From Alphaproteobacteria bacterium (GTDB lineage Bacteria; Pseudomonadota; Alphaproteobacteria; Caulobacterales; Maricaulaceae): 64,000 bases of DNA. The position numbers and the translations under genes are program-made. The DNA lies in assembly GCA_030428405.1 (NCBI GenBank), contig JAUIEH010000001.1, positions 5,082 to 69,081 of the forward strand. The letters run 5' to 3'. This document shows positions 46,016 to 59,159 of the stretch, piece by piece. The notes below the pieces were generated by a model that did not search any database, was not told the DNA's origin, and worked only from the letters and a program-made list of their open reading frames with translations. Numbering within the stretch: position 1 is the first letter of the stretch; every line of letters starts with the position of its first letter.

Positions 46016-46491
46016 CCGCCGCTGAGATCGCGTCGCGCACAATCCGCACGCGACTGCTTCGCAACATCGTCATCATGGCGCTTGTCGCATTCATCGCCGG
46101 AGCCGCGGGTGCGGCTCTCGGCGCGACCTTGTTTGCTGCGCCCGGCGATCACGCCTCTTCGGGCATGCACGCGCTTGTTCATGAAGGGCTTGATCTGTCT
46201 GCGGAACAAGAACGCGCGCTTGACGCCATCGAGGAGCGCTTCGCCGCGCGCCGGCGCGAGGTTGAATCCGAGCTTACAGCCGCCAATCGAGCGCTCGCGG
46301 ACGTTATCGCCGAAAACCCGGACTACGCGCCCGAAGTCGGCGACGCGGTGGGGCGCGTCCATCAGGTCATGGGCGAACTGCAGGTCGCTACCGTGCTTCA
46401 CGTCTATGAGATGCGCGCCATCCTGACTGAAGAGCAGGCGGCGCTGTTCGATCAACGCGTCAGCAGGGCCCTGATGGGCGCCGCTGAATGA
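46012..46491 (+). CDS. Periplasmic heavy-metal sensor (CnrX / Spy-CpxP-like, LTxxQ motifs)
   Basis: TM anchor, then HASSGMHALVHEGLDLSAEQERAL...LTEEQAALF. Position is between the anti-sigma and ECF sigma genes. Confidence 0.65.
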   Translation: MTAAEIASRTIRTRLLRNIVIMALVAFIAGAAGAALGATLFAAPGDHASSGMHALVHEGLDLSAEQERALDAIEERFAARRREVESELTAANRALADVIAENPDYAPEVGDAVGRVHQVMGELQVATVLHVYEMRAILTEEQAALFDQRVSRALMGAAE

Positions 46492-46492
46492 C

Positions 46493-47062
46493 GTGACGAA
46501 CGAAGGCGAAAGCGACGCCGATTTAGCAGTGCGTGCGCGCCAAGGAGATGAGCGCGCTTTCACGTCCTTGATGCGCCGGCACAAGGACGCCGTTTATCAG
46601 GTTGCGCGGCGGAATCTCGCCGACTCCGACGAAGCGCTGGACGTCGTTCAAGAAGTCTTTGTCGCGGCTTGGCGCAATATCAAGAAATTCGATCCAGAAC
46701 GGCCGATGGCGGCTTGGCTCTTTCGCATCGCGGTCAATGCTTGTCGCGACCGTCACCGGCGTCGCGCTGTCAGAGCGTTCTTCTTTCGCGCCACGCCGCT
46801 CGATGAGCCCGGCGCGCGAAATGTCGCTGACGTGAACGAGCGCACTGAGGATCGCGTCATGGCGCGTGACGAACTCAGGCGTCTTGCGCACGAGATCGAG
46901 CGTTTACCACAAGGCGCGCGCGAGGCGTTCGTGCTGAACGTGATCGAAGGTCTATCCCAGGGCGAAGCCGCGGACGCTCTCGGCGTCACTGTCAAAGCAG
47001 TGGAGACGCGCGTGGCTCGCGCACGGCGATTGCTGGCCGAGCGCCTCGATATCGACGAATAG
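46493..47062 (+). CDS. ECF-type RNA polymerase sigma-70 factor (CnrH-like position)
   Basis: Region 2 is FTSLMRRHKDAVYQVARRNL...DVVQEVFVAAWRNI. Region 4 is LPQGAREAFVLNVIEGLSQGEAADALGVTVKAVETRVARARRLL. Start codon is GTG. Confidence 0.88.
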   Translation: MTNEGESDADLAVRARQGDERAFTSLMRRHKDAVYQVARRNLADSDEALDVVQEVFVAAWRNIKKFDPERPMAAWLFRIAVNACRDRHRRRAVRAFFFRATPLDEPGARNVADVNERTEDRVMARDELRRLAHEIERLPQGAREAFVLNVIEGLSQGEAADALGVTVKAVETRVARARRLLAERLDIDE

Positions 47063-47077
47063 GCTGCCGCTTCCGAT

Positions 47078-48019
47078 CTAGCTCGCGAAATCGAGTTCCG
47101 GCGCCGCATCGGAGCGACAGGCCCGCTCCACCTGCAAGGTCGAAAACACGAAACCATAGCGCAGGCGTAGCAAATCATGCGCGCTCCCCAGGACCGCTTC
47201 ATGCTCTGCGTTCTCGGTTATGCGAATGTGGGCGGAAAAGAGATTGCGTCCGCTTGTCAGCGCCCAGGCGTGAACGTGATGGATGTCCTCGACGCCGTCC
47301 AGCGAAAGAAGCGCCTCACGCACGGCAACCACGTCGACGCCCGTAGGCACGGTCTCCATGAGGATGCGCAGCGCGTCTCGGCAGATCGTCCACGACGCCC
47401 AAAACAACACGAACCCGAATCCGATGCCGAGAATCGGATCGATCGGTGTCCAGCCGGTCAGCCAGATCACGGCGGCGGCGATGATGATGATTAGGCTGCC
47501 GACAAATGTCTGAATGACGTGCCAGAATGCGCCGCGCATATTGAGGTTCTCGCGCTGGCTGGCGAACAGCAGTCGGATCGAAATCAGCTCGGTGACGAGA
47601 CCGCCGAGGGCGGTCAACACCATGGGCAGAGGCGGCAGTTCGACTGGATGGCGCAACCGCATTGCGCCCATGACGATGACGACGACGGCCATCGCGAATA
47701 GGAACAACCCGTTGATGAGGGCGCCGATGATTTCGGCGCGGTAGGAGCCGAACGTGCGATAGCGATCGGAAGGTCGCTCGGCGAGTTTCCCCGCGACAAG
47801 CGCGATCAGCACGCCGCCGACCGCGGAGAACGTGTGAAAGGCGTCAGATATGACCGCGATCGAGCCGATCCAAACGCCAACGATGAGCTCGATCAAGAAA
47901 TAGACGCCCGTCAGCCAGGACGTCCAAATGAGCGCCCTGCGATTGGCGCGCAGCATGGCGGACATGTCGTGCCCGCCGTGGCTCGTCCGGCCGCCGGTCT
48001 GTTCGTGCGCGCCGCTCAC
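47078..48019 (-). CDS. czcD: Cation diffusion facilitator transporter (CzcD/ZitB-like)
   Basis: Six TM helices with SDAFHTFS and a C-terminal cytoplasmic domain (VEDIHHVHAWALTSG). The GTG start overlaps the upstream stop (GTGA). Confidence 0.88.
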   Translation of the reverse strand: MSGAHEQTGGRTSHGGHDMSAMLRANRRALIWTSWLTGVYFLIELIVGVWIGSIAVISDAFHTFSAVGGVLIALVAGKLAERPSDRYRTFGSYRAEIIGALINGLFLFAMAVVVIVMGAMRLRHPVELPPLPMVLTALGGLVTELISIRLLFASQRENLNMRGAFWHVIQTFVGSLIIIIAAAVIWLTGWTPIDPILGIGFGFVLFWASWTICRDALRILMETVPTGVDVVAVREALLSLDGVEDIHHVHAWALTSGRNLFSAHIRITENAEHEAVLGSAHDLLRLRYGFVFSTLQVERACRSDAAPELDFAS

Positions 48020-48477
48020 GACGTCTGGAGATGGCAGATCTTCCAGCCTTCGGCGGTCTCTTCAAACACGGCTGTTCCGCGGCCCTCACGTTCATAGGGC
48101 TCGCCATCCAGAGTGCCGGTGATCGCGAATTCGAAAAGCGCGTAGCCGAGATCAGTTCCCTCGTAAGGACGCACGTCGGAGATCTGATAGTCCTCGATGT
48201 GAAAGCGCTCGCTTTCGAACTCGGGCGTGAGGTGGTCCTCACGGTATTCCGTCCACGACCAATTCGCACCGCGGCCTTCTATGATCGTGAAACGCGTGTG
48301 CCCGAGCGTTTCGGCTTCCATGGCGTCGAGGTCTTCGTTGCGGATGGCCTCCGCGTAGCGCTCCAGCACGGCCGCGTAAGGGTGGGCCGGCTCGGGCTCT
48401 TGCGCGGTCGCGCAGCCTGACGCGAGTACGGCTGCGAACAAAGGCGCCGCTAGAACGCGCTGTAACGTTGCAATCAT
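48016..48477 (-). CDS. NTF2-like (SnoaL/DUF4440-type) lipoprotein
   Basis: Lipobox LASGCA. LERYAEAIRNEDLDAMEA...GRGTAVFEETAEGWKICHLQTS is the typical NTF2-fold pattern. GGGGAGGAA lies upstream of ATG 48477. Confidence 0.6.
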   Translation of the reverse strand: MIATLQRVLAAPLFAAVLASGCATAQEPEPAHPYAAVLERYAEAIRNEDLDAMEAETLGHTRFTIIEGRGANWSWTEYREDHLTPEFESERFHIEDYQISDVRPYEGTDLGYALFEFAITGTLDGEPYEREGRGTAVFEETAEGWKICHLQTS

Positions 48478-48516
48478 CGTATTCCTCCCCTTGCGAGCGC
48501 CGATTGGCCTGTAGTG

Positions 48517-48543
48517 GTTACGCAGGGCGGCGCACGAGCCCTC
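48517..48543 (-). promoter_or_regulatory. Island promoter motif, site 4 (NTF2-like lipoprotein / czcD operon)
   Basis: Minus strand reads GAGGGC-N14-GCGTAAC. It ends 39 nt upstream of ATG 48477. Confidence 0.5.
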
Positions 48544-48560
48544 GCGCTGAACGCGCCTTG

Positions 48561-48587
48561 AAGGGGAGGCCGCTTGAGCTGCGTAGT
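48561..48587 (+). promoter_or_regulatory. Island promoter motif, site 5 (copCD)
   Basis: AAGGGG-N14-GCGTAGT. It ends 36 nt upstream of ATG 48624. The longer string GGGGAGGC...CTGCGTAGTC is shared with site 3. Confidence 0.55.
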
Positions 48588-48623
48588 CGCTATGCGGTCT
48601 AGTGGCCTTCGGAGGATACTCGC

Positions 48624-49007
48624 ATGAAGATGCTTCGCGCTTTGGTGATCTCCGCGCTTGCCGCTCCCGGCCTTTTCTCCGGCGGGCCGGCTTTGGCGCA
48701 TGCGCGCCTTGAGGATGCAACCATCGCTGACGGAGCCGAAATTGCCGAGCTTCCGGCCGAATGCGTCTTTCATTTCTCTACGCCAGTGGCGCTTGCGCGT
48801 GTGACGCTCGAAAACGCGAGTGGTGAGAACATACCCTTGGATTTCACGCCGGCGCGCCAGGAAGCCGCCTCCCACGCCGTCAGCCTGCCAGCCATTGCGC
48901 CCGGCTCCTACACGCTGATCCTGCGGGCGATGTCTGACGACGGCCACGTCATGGCGAATTCCATCTCTTTCACACTGATAGAGCAGGACGAGGCCGAGAG
49001 CCGCTGA
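48624..49007 (+). CDS. copC: CopC-domain periplasmic copper-binding protein
   Basis: Signal peptide ending ALAHA, so the mature N-terminus is HARLEDATIADG, the characteristic CopC N-terminal His. Confidence 0.85.
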   Translation: MKMLRALVISALAAPGLFSGGPALAHARLEDATIADGAEIAELPAECVFHFSTPVALARVTLENASGENIPLDFTPARQEAASHAVSLPAIAPGSYTLILRAMSDDGHVMANSISFTLIEQDEAESR

Positions 49008-49027
49008 ACGCTTGACGGACCGCGCCT

Positions 49028-49867
49028 GTGATCGGCGTTTTCGCAAAGCTCGCCATTTACGCCGCTGTGCTTGGCGCTGCGGGCTTTTCGTTCGCAGCCT
49101 TGGGCGTGACGACGGCTCCGCAGAGCGTTCGCCGATATCTGGGCGCTGCATCGCTTCTATCGATCGTCGCCGCTGCGACCGCCGGCCTTCGCATTCTGCT
49201 CGACGCCGTCCGGCTCGCGGGCGACTGGGCGGCGGTGGGTGAGCCGCCTTATCTTAGTTGGGCGTTCGATGCGCAATCCGGCTTCATCGCGGCTTTCGCG
49301 CCGGGCGCGATCATTCTTTTCACCGCCGGTCTTGCTCGTTGGCGCGTGGCGGCCGCCATCGGCGGCGCTGTGATGCTCGCGAGTTTCGCTGCGACCGGGC
49401 ATGCAAGCGCAGACGGCGCGCCCTGGCCGGCGCGCGCTGCACTGGTCGTCCATTTGTGGGGCGTCGCGTTTTGGGTGGCCGCGCCGATTGTGCTTTGGCC
49501 CGCTGCCTGGACTGATCACGCCGAGCTGCTCGACAGAATGAAGAGGTTCAGCCGCATCGCGACCTTGATCGTTCCGGCTTCGCTCGCCGCAGGCGCGGTT
49601 TTGGTCGTCACTCTTCTGCCGCAACTGACGAACCTCGTGACGACGACCTATGGCAGGCTGATTGCGCTGAAAGTCGTGCTCGCGGCGTCCGCGTTCGGGC
49701 TCGGCGCTATCAACAAGGTTTGGGTGACGCAGAGACTTGAGATAAATCCCGTTCACGGACGAAGGCTGCTCAAACTCACTTTGTCGGCGGACGCCATCCT
49801 GTTCGCCGTCGCGCTCACCGCCGTGGCGGCGGCGACGACACTGACGGGCCCGACAGAGGAACTCTAG
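49028..49867 (+). CDS. copD: CopD-family inner-membrane copper resistance protein
   Basis: Eight TM helices. It lies immediately downstream of copC. Start codon is GTG. Confidence 0.8.
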   Translation: MIGVFAKLAIYAAVLGAAGFSFAALGVTTAPQSVRRYLGAASLLSIVAAATAGLRILLDAVRLAGDWAAVGEPPYLSWAFDAQSGFIAAFAPGAIILFTAGLARWRVAAAIGGAVMLASFAATGHASADGAPWPARAALVVHLWGVAFWVAAPIVLWPAAWTDHAELLDRMKRFSRIATLIVPASLAAGAVLVVTLLPQLTNLVTTTYGRLIALKVVLAASAFGLGAINKVWVTQRLEINPVHGRRLLKLTLSADAILFAVALTAVAAATTLTGPTEEL

Positions 49868-49900
49868 CCGGGCCCGTCGCGCGCCTAAGAGTGGCGGTTC

Positions 49901-50281
49901 TTAGTCTTCGTCGCTGTGTCCCTGCATCTCCATCATCATTTCGTGCTGGGACATCATCTGCATCATCATTTGATGCATGTTCGACATGTGCTCGTGCATC
50001 CGCTCCATCGAGGCGCCGTCATCATCGGCCATCATCCCATGTCCGCCCATCATGCCCTCGGAGGCGTGCATCTGCTCGCGCATCAAGGCCATGTGCTCGT
50101 GCATGAGCGCGCGGCGTTCCGCGGCGTCATCCGCCGATGCGAACGCTTCACGCATCTCCTCCATGCGCTCGAACCGGTCACCGCCGCCGTGCTCATGGGC
50201 TGGGTCCTGGGCGAAGGCTGTCGTCGTGGCGCACGCCGAAAGGCCGAAGGCCGCCGCGACGATGATTGGCTTCAACAACAT
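49901..50281 (-). CDS. Met/His-rich periplasmic lipoprotein (probable Cu(I)/Ag(I) binder)
   Basis: Signal/lipobox FGLSAC, then MHEHMALMREQMHASEGMMGGHGMMADDDGASMERMHEHMSNMHQMMMQMMSQHEMMMEMQGH. Confidence 0.75.
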   Translation of the reverse strand: MLLKPIIVAAAFGLSACATTTAFAQDPAHEHGGGDRFERMEEMREAFASADDAAERRALMHEHMALMREQMHASEGMMGGHGMMADDDGASMERMHEHMSNMHQMMMQMMSQHEMMMEMQGHSDED

Positions 50282-50368
50282 CTGTTTGCTCCCTCGTGAT
50301 GTGCGAGCTTGCGTCACAGGGCGCGGATGAGATCCTCGCCAATCTGCGTGACCACCAGCTCTTGTTGG

Positions 50369-50395
50369 GATACGCAGCCGCGCGACCGCCCCCTC
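50369..50395 (-). promoter_or_regulatory. Island promoter motif, site 6 (Met/His-rich protein gene)
   Basis: Minus strand reads GAGGGG-N14-GCGTATC. It ends 87 nt upstream of ATG 50281, or 51 nt from the alternative start at 50317. Confidence 0.45.
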
Positions 50396-50514
50396 GGAAA
50401 AAGCGGGCGAAGGAGAGGAGATTGGGTGACGAATGCTCCACGGTTCAGCGTCGATCCGTCCTCACGCCGATACAGAGATTGCAGTGCGGTCAGAGTACGG
50501 ACGAATGCGTCTGA

Positions 50515-51261
50515 TTAACGGTGTGCCTTCGCGAAGCTCGCCAAACGCAGCACGACCAGCCCGACGCCGGCCAAGGCGAACAGAACCGCCAGCGACGCCG
50601 TCATCTTGATCCACCACGAATTGAAGTTCTCGCGGCTCGACCAATCCATAATGTGCAGGCCCCACATAAAATCGAACGTGCGCCACAAACCCGTTCGAAC
50701 CGCGCGCACGTCGCCGGTCGAAGCGTCGACATAGAAGCTGGCCGCGTCCGGGCGATCGAAGTCGACGCGCCATGCGGGCCCGGGGCGTCCATATTCGCGC
50801 GGCGGGTCGTCGAAGAACGTCGCCGTCCCTATCGCGCCGTCGCCGCGATAGTTCGATTGCGCGAGGCGACGCGCCCAGTCTTCGGACAATGGCGTGATGA
50901 GTTCGCCCGACGTCGCGTCGATCATGACGGTCGCATCGTCTGCGCTGACCCGCCATACGGCCGTCTCGTCCAGCATCATCGCCGACGCAGTGCTCGCAGA
51001 CACGCCGGAGGTCTCAATCGCTTCCGCTAACTCGACATGGTCGGGCGCCCACGCGAGCGTTGGCGGCTCGTGCTCGGTACGGAGATGCTCGCCACGAACC
51101 TGTTCGATCGGGAACCACGTCATGAACAATCCCGTCGCCAGCCAGATGACGACCTGCGCGCCGATTGCGAGGCCGAGCCAAAGGTGAAGCTGACGAAGGC
51201 GACGGTTGAATAGGGCTCGGGTCACTCGGCGGCTCTCTGCGAAAGATCTGTCCGTGCTCAT
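50515..51261 (-). CDS. PepSY-domain / PepSY-associated TM protein
   Basis: FNRRLRQLHLWLGLAIGAQVVIWLATGLFMTW...FMWGLHIMDW is the typical PepSY_TM pattern. Confidence 0.75.
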   Translation of the reverse strand: MSTDRSFAESRRVTRALFNRRLRQLHLWLGLAIGAQVVIWLATGLFMTWFPIEQVRGEHLRTEHEPPTLAWAPDHVELAEAIETSGVSASTASAMMLDETAVWRVSADDATVMIDATSGELITPLSEDWARRLAQSNYRGDGAIGTATFFDDPPREYGRPGPAWRVDFDRPDAASFYVDASTGDVRAVRTGLWRTFDFMWGLHIMDWSSRENFNSWWIKMTASLAVLFALAGVGLVVLRLASFAKAHR

Positions 51262-51294
51262 CGGACGGCGTGCGCATATCATACGAACATTGGA

Positions 51295-51321
51295 ATTACG
51301 CGCGAGGTCTCCTAGCCCCTC
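51295..51321 (-). promoter_or_regulatory. Island promoter motif, site 7 (PepSY gene)
   Basis: Minus strand reads GAGGGG-N14-GCGTAAT. It ends 33 nt upstream of ATG 51261. Confidence 0.5.
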
Positions 51322-51603
51322 GATCGCGAACCGCTGAGATACGATTCCTGTTTCTTCAACGCGGAGCTAGCGGCGATAGAATGCGAGGCGTGATCAGCGC
51401 ATGCCAATCGTTCCGATCGCGGCGCCTGGCTGGACGATGCCAGCCAGGCTACCACCTCCTTCGAAGCGGCAGGATTTCGTGAGTGATGACCAACCAGCTC
51501 ATTCACGCCGGCCGACCAAACTCAACCGGGCCCTTCATCGTGGTCTCGGCTCACCTCGCACTTGCCAACGCCCAGCTTCGCTCGCCGCCTCATTCACGCT
51601 TCA

Positions 51604-56126
<4,523 letters not shown>

Positions 56127-56132
56127 TTTGGA

Positions 56133-57461
56133 TCACTCCTCTCCGGGCAGCGGGGCCGCGAAGCGTGCAGTCAGCCGATCGTGGGTGGCATCGGTGCGGT
56201 GATAATTGGCGAGCGTTTCGACGAGCTGTTCGCGTGCGTCGTGCAGCGCTCTTTGCGCGACGATCACTTCGAGCGAGGAAAACGCGCCGCGCTGATAGGC
56301 GTCACGCGCCTGGGCGAGCGCGCGTTGCGCTTGCGGAATAATGCTGTCGCGCAGCGCGTCGATCTGCGTGATAGCGGTCGCTCGCTCGCGTTCGAGACGA
56401 ACCGTCTCCCGCAAGAATGCACGGCGCAAAGAAGCCGCTTCATAGGCCAGTCGTGATCGATCGGATCGGGCGGATGCGATGGCTCCCCGATTGCGATCGA
56501 AGATCCCAAGAGGAATGGAGATTTCCGCCACTAGAGCGACATCGCCGCCGTCGGCGAAATGGCGAACGCCGACGCCGGCGTCCAGGTCTTGAACGCCACG
56601 TGCGATCTCCAATTCGACCTCAGCGTCCGAGCGGCTCTGTTCTGCTGTAATCCGCGCGAGGTCTGGAGAACGTTCGACGTCGATCGCAGTCGGTTCTCGC
56701 GCATGCGCGCCTGGTTCGTAGAACGCTTCAAGATCGACGACGAAGTCCGCGGCAGACGCGTCCCAAAAGCTGGCGAGACGCTCCAGCGTAGTTTCCTCGG
56801 CGCTTCGCGCGGTCGCCAGTTCGGCGCGCGCGGAAGCGAGCTCAAGCTCTGCTCGTGTCAACGCGACAGCGGGGTCCAAGGCCGAATTGACGCGCTGAGA
56901 GACCGACGCCCGCACCTCTTCCGCGATGCTGAGGAGCTCTTCGGCGAGATCGCGCTGCGCCATCGCGGCCGCCGCGTCGACATAAGCGACTTGAACATCG
57001 CGCAAGAGGTCGAGGCGGCGCAAGACGGCGTCACTACGCGTGATCGCCAATGCGCCTTCCGCCACGCTTGTGCGTGCACGGCGATCGCCGCCACGCTCGA
57101 ACGTGTGCACATAGGTCGCCGTGGTCTCGGCGCTGTCGACGCCCGAGAGGGGCCCTGTGCCGAGAGCGTTCTCCACCTCGACGGAGAGCGCCGGATTGGG
57201 ACGCACCGAGGCTTGATCGACGCCCGCTCGGGCGGCGTCGATTGCAGCAGCGGCGGCGGCGAGGCCGGGTTCGGCGCGGCTCGCGCGCGCCAAGGCTTCC
57301 TCAAGCGTCACGATCTGTTGCGCCGCTGCGCTTTGCGACACGAGCGCCGCTGCGCCGACAATCAGCCCGGCGACGCCATAGCGAAGTTTTCGGGCTCGAA
57401 TGAGCGCGATTTCGGCGACACCCTCATGCAAGGGTTCCGGCCGGCGATGTGGGATGCACAC
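56133..57461 (-). CDS. czcC: TolC-family outer-membrane factor (CzcC-like)
   Basis: Typical outer-membrane-factor repeats. I prefer GTG 57461, which has AGGAGG 5 nt upstream, over the TTG at 57485 used by the track. Confidence 0.85.
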   Translation of the reverse strand: MCIPHRRPEPLHEGVAEIALIRARKLRYGVAGLIVGAAALVSQSAAAQQIVTLEEALARASRAEPGLAAAAAAIDAARAGVDQASVRPNPALSVEVENALGTGPLSGVDSAETTATYVHTFERGGDRRARTSVAEGALAITRSDAVLRRLDLLRDVQVAYVDAAAAMAQRDLAEELLSIAEEVRASVSQRVNSALDPAVALTRAELELASARAELATARSAEETTLERLASFWDASAADFVVDLEAFYEPGAHAREPTAIDVERSPDLARITAEQSRSDAEVELEIARGVQDLDAGVGVRHFADGGDVALVAEISIPLGIFDRNRGAIASARSDRSRLAYEAASLRRAFLRETVRLERERATAITQIDALRDSIIPQAQRALAQARDAYQRGAFSSLEVIVAQRALHDAREQLVETLANYHRTDATHDRLTARFAAPLPGEE

Positions 57462-57521
57462 GCTTACCTCCTGCGAAGACGACAAGACACAAAGCGCGCT
57501 TAGGAGCGCGGAATGCTGTCG

Positions 57522-57863
57522 TCAGGCGCGTGGAGGTCGGAAGACGCCGCCGAGGAGGCGTCCAATCGCATTGTCGTCGATGACCGGCGCGTTTTGGCGG
57601 GGGGCGGTTTTGGCGCTCAGGACCGGCGGTGTCGTGCCGCCGAGGACATGGAAGTGGCAGCCGCCGCAGCCATGCGCGACATGCAAAGCGTGATCGGCGT
57701 CGATCGGGCCGTCATCAACGGCGACGATTTGTCCGTGCTCACACGGATTGGTGTGCGCGCCATTGGCCGCATGCGCTGGCGCAAACACGCTAGCGAGCGC
57801 CCAAAAGGCGATCAGCAGGGCATGAACTACCGCGCGGCGTGGATTATTCAGCGAGCGCATCAC
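57522..57863 (-). CDS. Secreted 113-aa His/Cys-containing protein upstream of czcC (CzcI-like position; identity uncertain)
   Basis: Signal peptide ending PAHA, then NPCEHGQ...ADHALHVAHGCGGCHFH. Confidence 0.45.
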   Translation of the reverse strand: MMRSLNNPRRAVVHALLIAFWALASVFAPAHAANGAHTNPCEHGQIVAVDDGPIDADHALHVAHGCGGCHFHVLGGTTPPVLSAKTAPRQNAPVIDDNAIGRLLGGVFRPPRA

Positions 57864-58512
57864 AGACCGACTTTTCGTCCCCGTCTTCTTTATGCGAGGT
57901 AAACGACCGGCGCTCAGCGAGCGCCTGGGTAATGATAAGCCATGAGGACCGGAGGAACAAGCCGGCCAGCGCTATCGCTACAATCAAGTCCGGCCAGGCG
58001 GTTCCGGAAGCCCAAACAGCCGCGCCCGCGCCCATGACCGCGACATTTCCGATCGCGTCATTGCGCGAGCAAAGCCAAACAGATCGTACGTTCGCGTCGC
58101 CGTTTCTCCATCGAATGAGGATCAGCACGCTCGCCAGATTGGCGGTCAGAGCAAGCGCGCCGATCGCGCCCATCACCGAGGCGTCAGGCGGCGCGCCGTT
58201 CAAGACGCGGGCGAACGTCGAAATCAGCACGTAGGACGCGACGAGCGCTAGCGATGCGCCTTTTATGAGGGCTGCTGTCGCGCGCACCCGGATCGATGAC
58301 CCGATGACCGCCAGGCTGATCGCGTAAGTCGCGGTGTCGCTCGCGAAATCAAGCGCATCAGCTTTCAGTGCTTGTGACTGAGCGAGAAATCCCGCTGCGA
58401 TTTCGACGAAAAACATCGCCGCATTGATGCCGATGACGGCAACCAATGCGCGCCGATAGGCGTTGGAGACGCCGGAGAATTGCTGAGCTGCGACTTCACA
58501 TTCACATGACAT
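57844..58512 (-). CDS. Short cation-diffusion-facilitator-like transporter (TM domain only)
   Basis: MSCECEV...INAAMFFVEIAAGFLAQSQALKADALDFASDT and six TM helices, with no C-terminal cytoplasmic domain. It lies downstream of a MerR-type promoter. Confidence 0.75.
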   Translation of the reverse strand: MSCECEVAAQQFSGVSNAYRRALVAVIGINAAMFFVEIAAGFLAQSQALKADALDFASDTATYAISLAVIGSSIRVRATAALIKGASLALVASYVLISTFARVLNGAPPDASVMGAIGALALTANLASVLILIRWRNGDANVRSVWLCSRNDAIGNVAVMGAGAAVWASGTAWPDLIVAIALAGLFLRSSWLIITQALAERRSFTSHKEDGDEKSVCDALAE

Positions 58513-58544
58513 AGCGCGAGCGGTCCAAGGGCTGATCGAAAAGC

Positions 58545-58575
58545 CGCTTAGCACCTACAGCCGCTGTAGAAGCAA
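58545..58575 (-). promoter_or_regulatory. MerR-type promoter M1 (drives the short CDF gene)
   Basis: Minus strand reads TTGCTT-(19 nt: CTACAGCGGCTGTAGGTGC)-TAAGCG. The dyad CTACAG-N3-CTGTAG lies at 58555-58569. Confidence 0.55.
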
Positions 58576-58629
58576 GCGCGAAATTCGACGGTTGCGGATG
58601 TCGGGACTGGCGCCCCGACGACGCTCGAT

Positions 58630-59091
58630 CTACGTCGCCGTCGCGATCGTGCCTCCGCCGGCATGCCCGTGGTCGTCATGCAGACATTGGCCGTGATCGG
58701 CCAGCGCGCTCATGACGGCGCATGATCCGACTCTGCCGCCGGCGCAGGCGCTGATCATTCGCTCGAGTTCTCTTTCTAGCGCCTTCAACTGCTCAAGCCG
58801 CTCACGCACGTCGGCGAGTCGCTTGCGCGCCACGGCATCGACGCTGTCGCAATCCCTTCCAGGATCAATTTGAAGCGCGATTAGCTCGCGGATGGTCTCG
58901 ACGGGAAAGCCCAGCGCGCGGGCGTGACGTATGAATGCGAGTCTTGCCTGGGCGTCCGCGTCATAGACGCGCTGCCCGCTTGTCGTACGCTCCGGCGGCG
59001 GCATCAGACCTATGGTCTCGTAGTATCGGATCGTCGTCACCTTAACGCCCGTCGCGCGCGACAGGACGCCGATCGTTCGCCGCTTCGTCAC
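58630..59091 (-). CDS. MerR-family metal-responsive regulator (CadR/PbrR/ZntR-like)
   Basis: N-terminal HTH is IGVLSRATGVKVTTIRYYETIGLMPPPERTTSGQRVY. It has a dimerisation helix and a Cys/His-rich C-terminus, CAGGRVGSCAVMSALADHGQCLHDDHGH. Confidence 0.88.
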   Translation of the reverse strand: MTKRRTIGVLSRATGVKVTTIRYYETIGLMPPPERTTSGQRVYDADAQARLAFIRHARALGFPVETIRELIALQIDPGRDCDSVDAVARKRLADVRERLEQLKALERELERMISACAGGRVGSCAVMSALADHGQCLHDDHGHAGGGTIATAT

Positions 59092-59106
59092 CGTTTCTGC
59101 TCCCGC

Positions 59107-59137
59107 TTGCCTCTACAGCGACTGTAGAGTTTATGCA
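59107..59137 (+). promoter_or_regulatory. MerR-type promoter M2 (divergent from merR-like 58630..59091; drives the ICMT-like gene)
   Basis: TTGCCT-(19 nt: CTACAGCGACTGTAGAGTT)-TATGCA. The extended dyad CTCTACAG-CGA-CTGTAGAG lies at 59111-59129. Confidence 0.6.
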
Positions 59138-59159
59138 CGCACCGTCAAAGCGGAGATGC

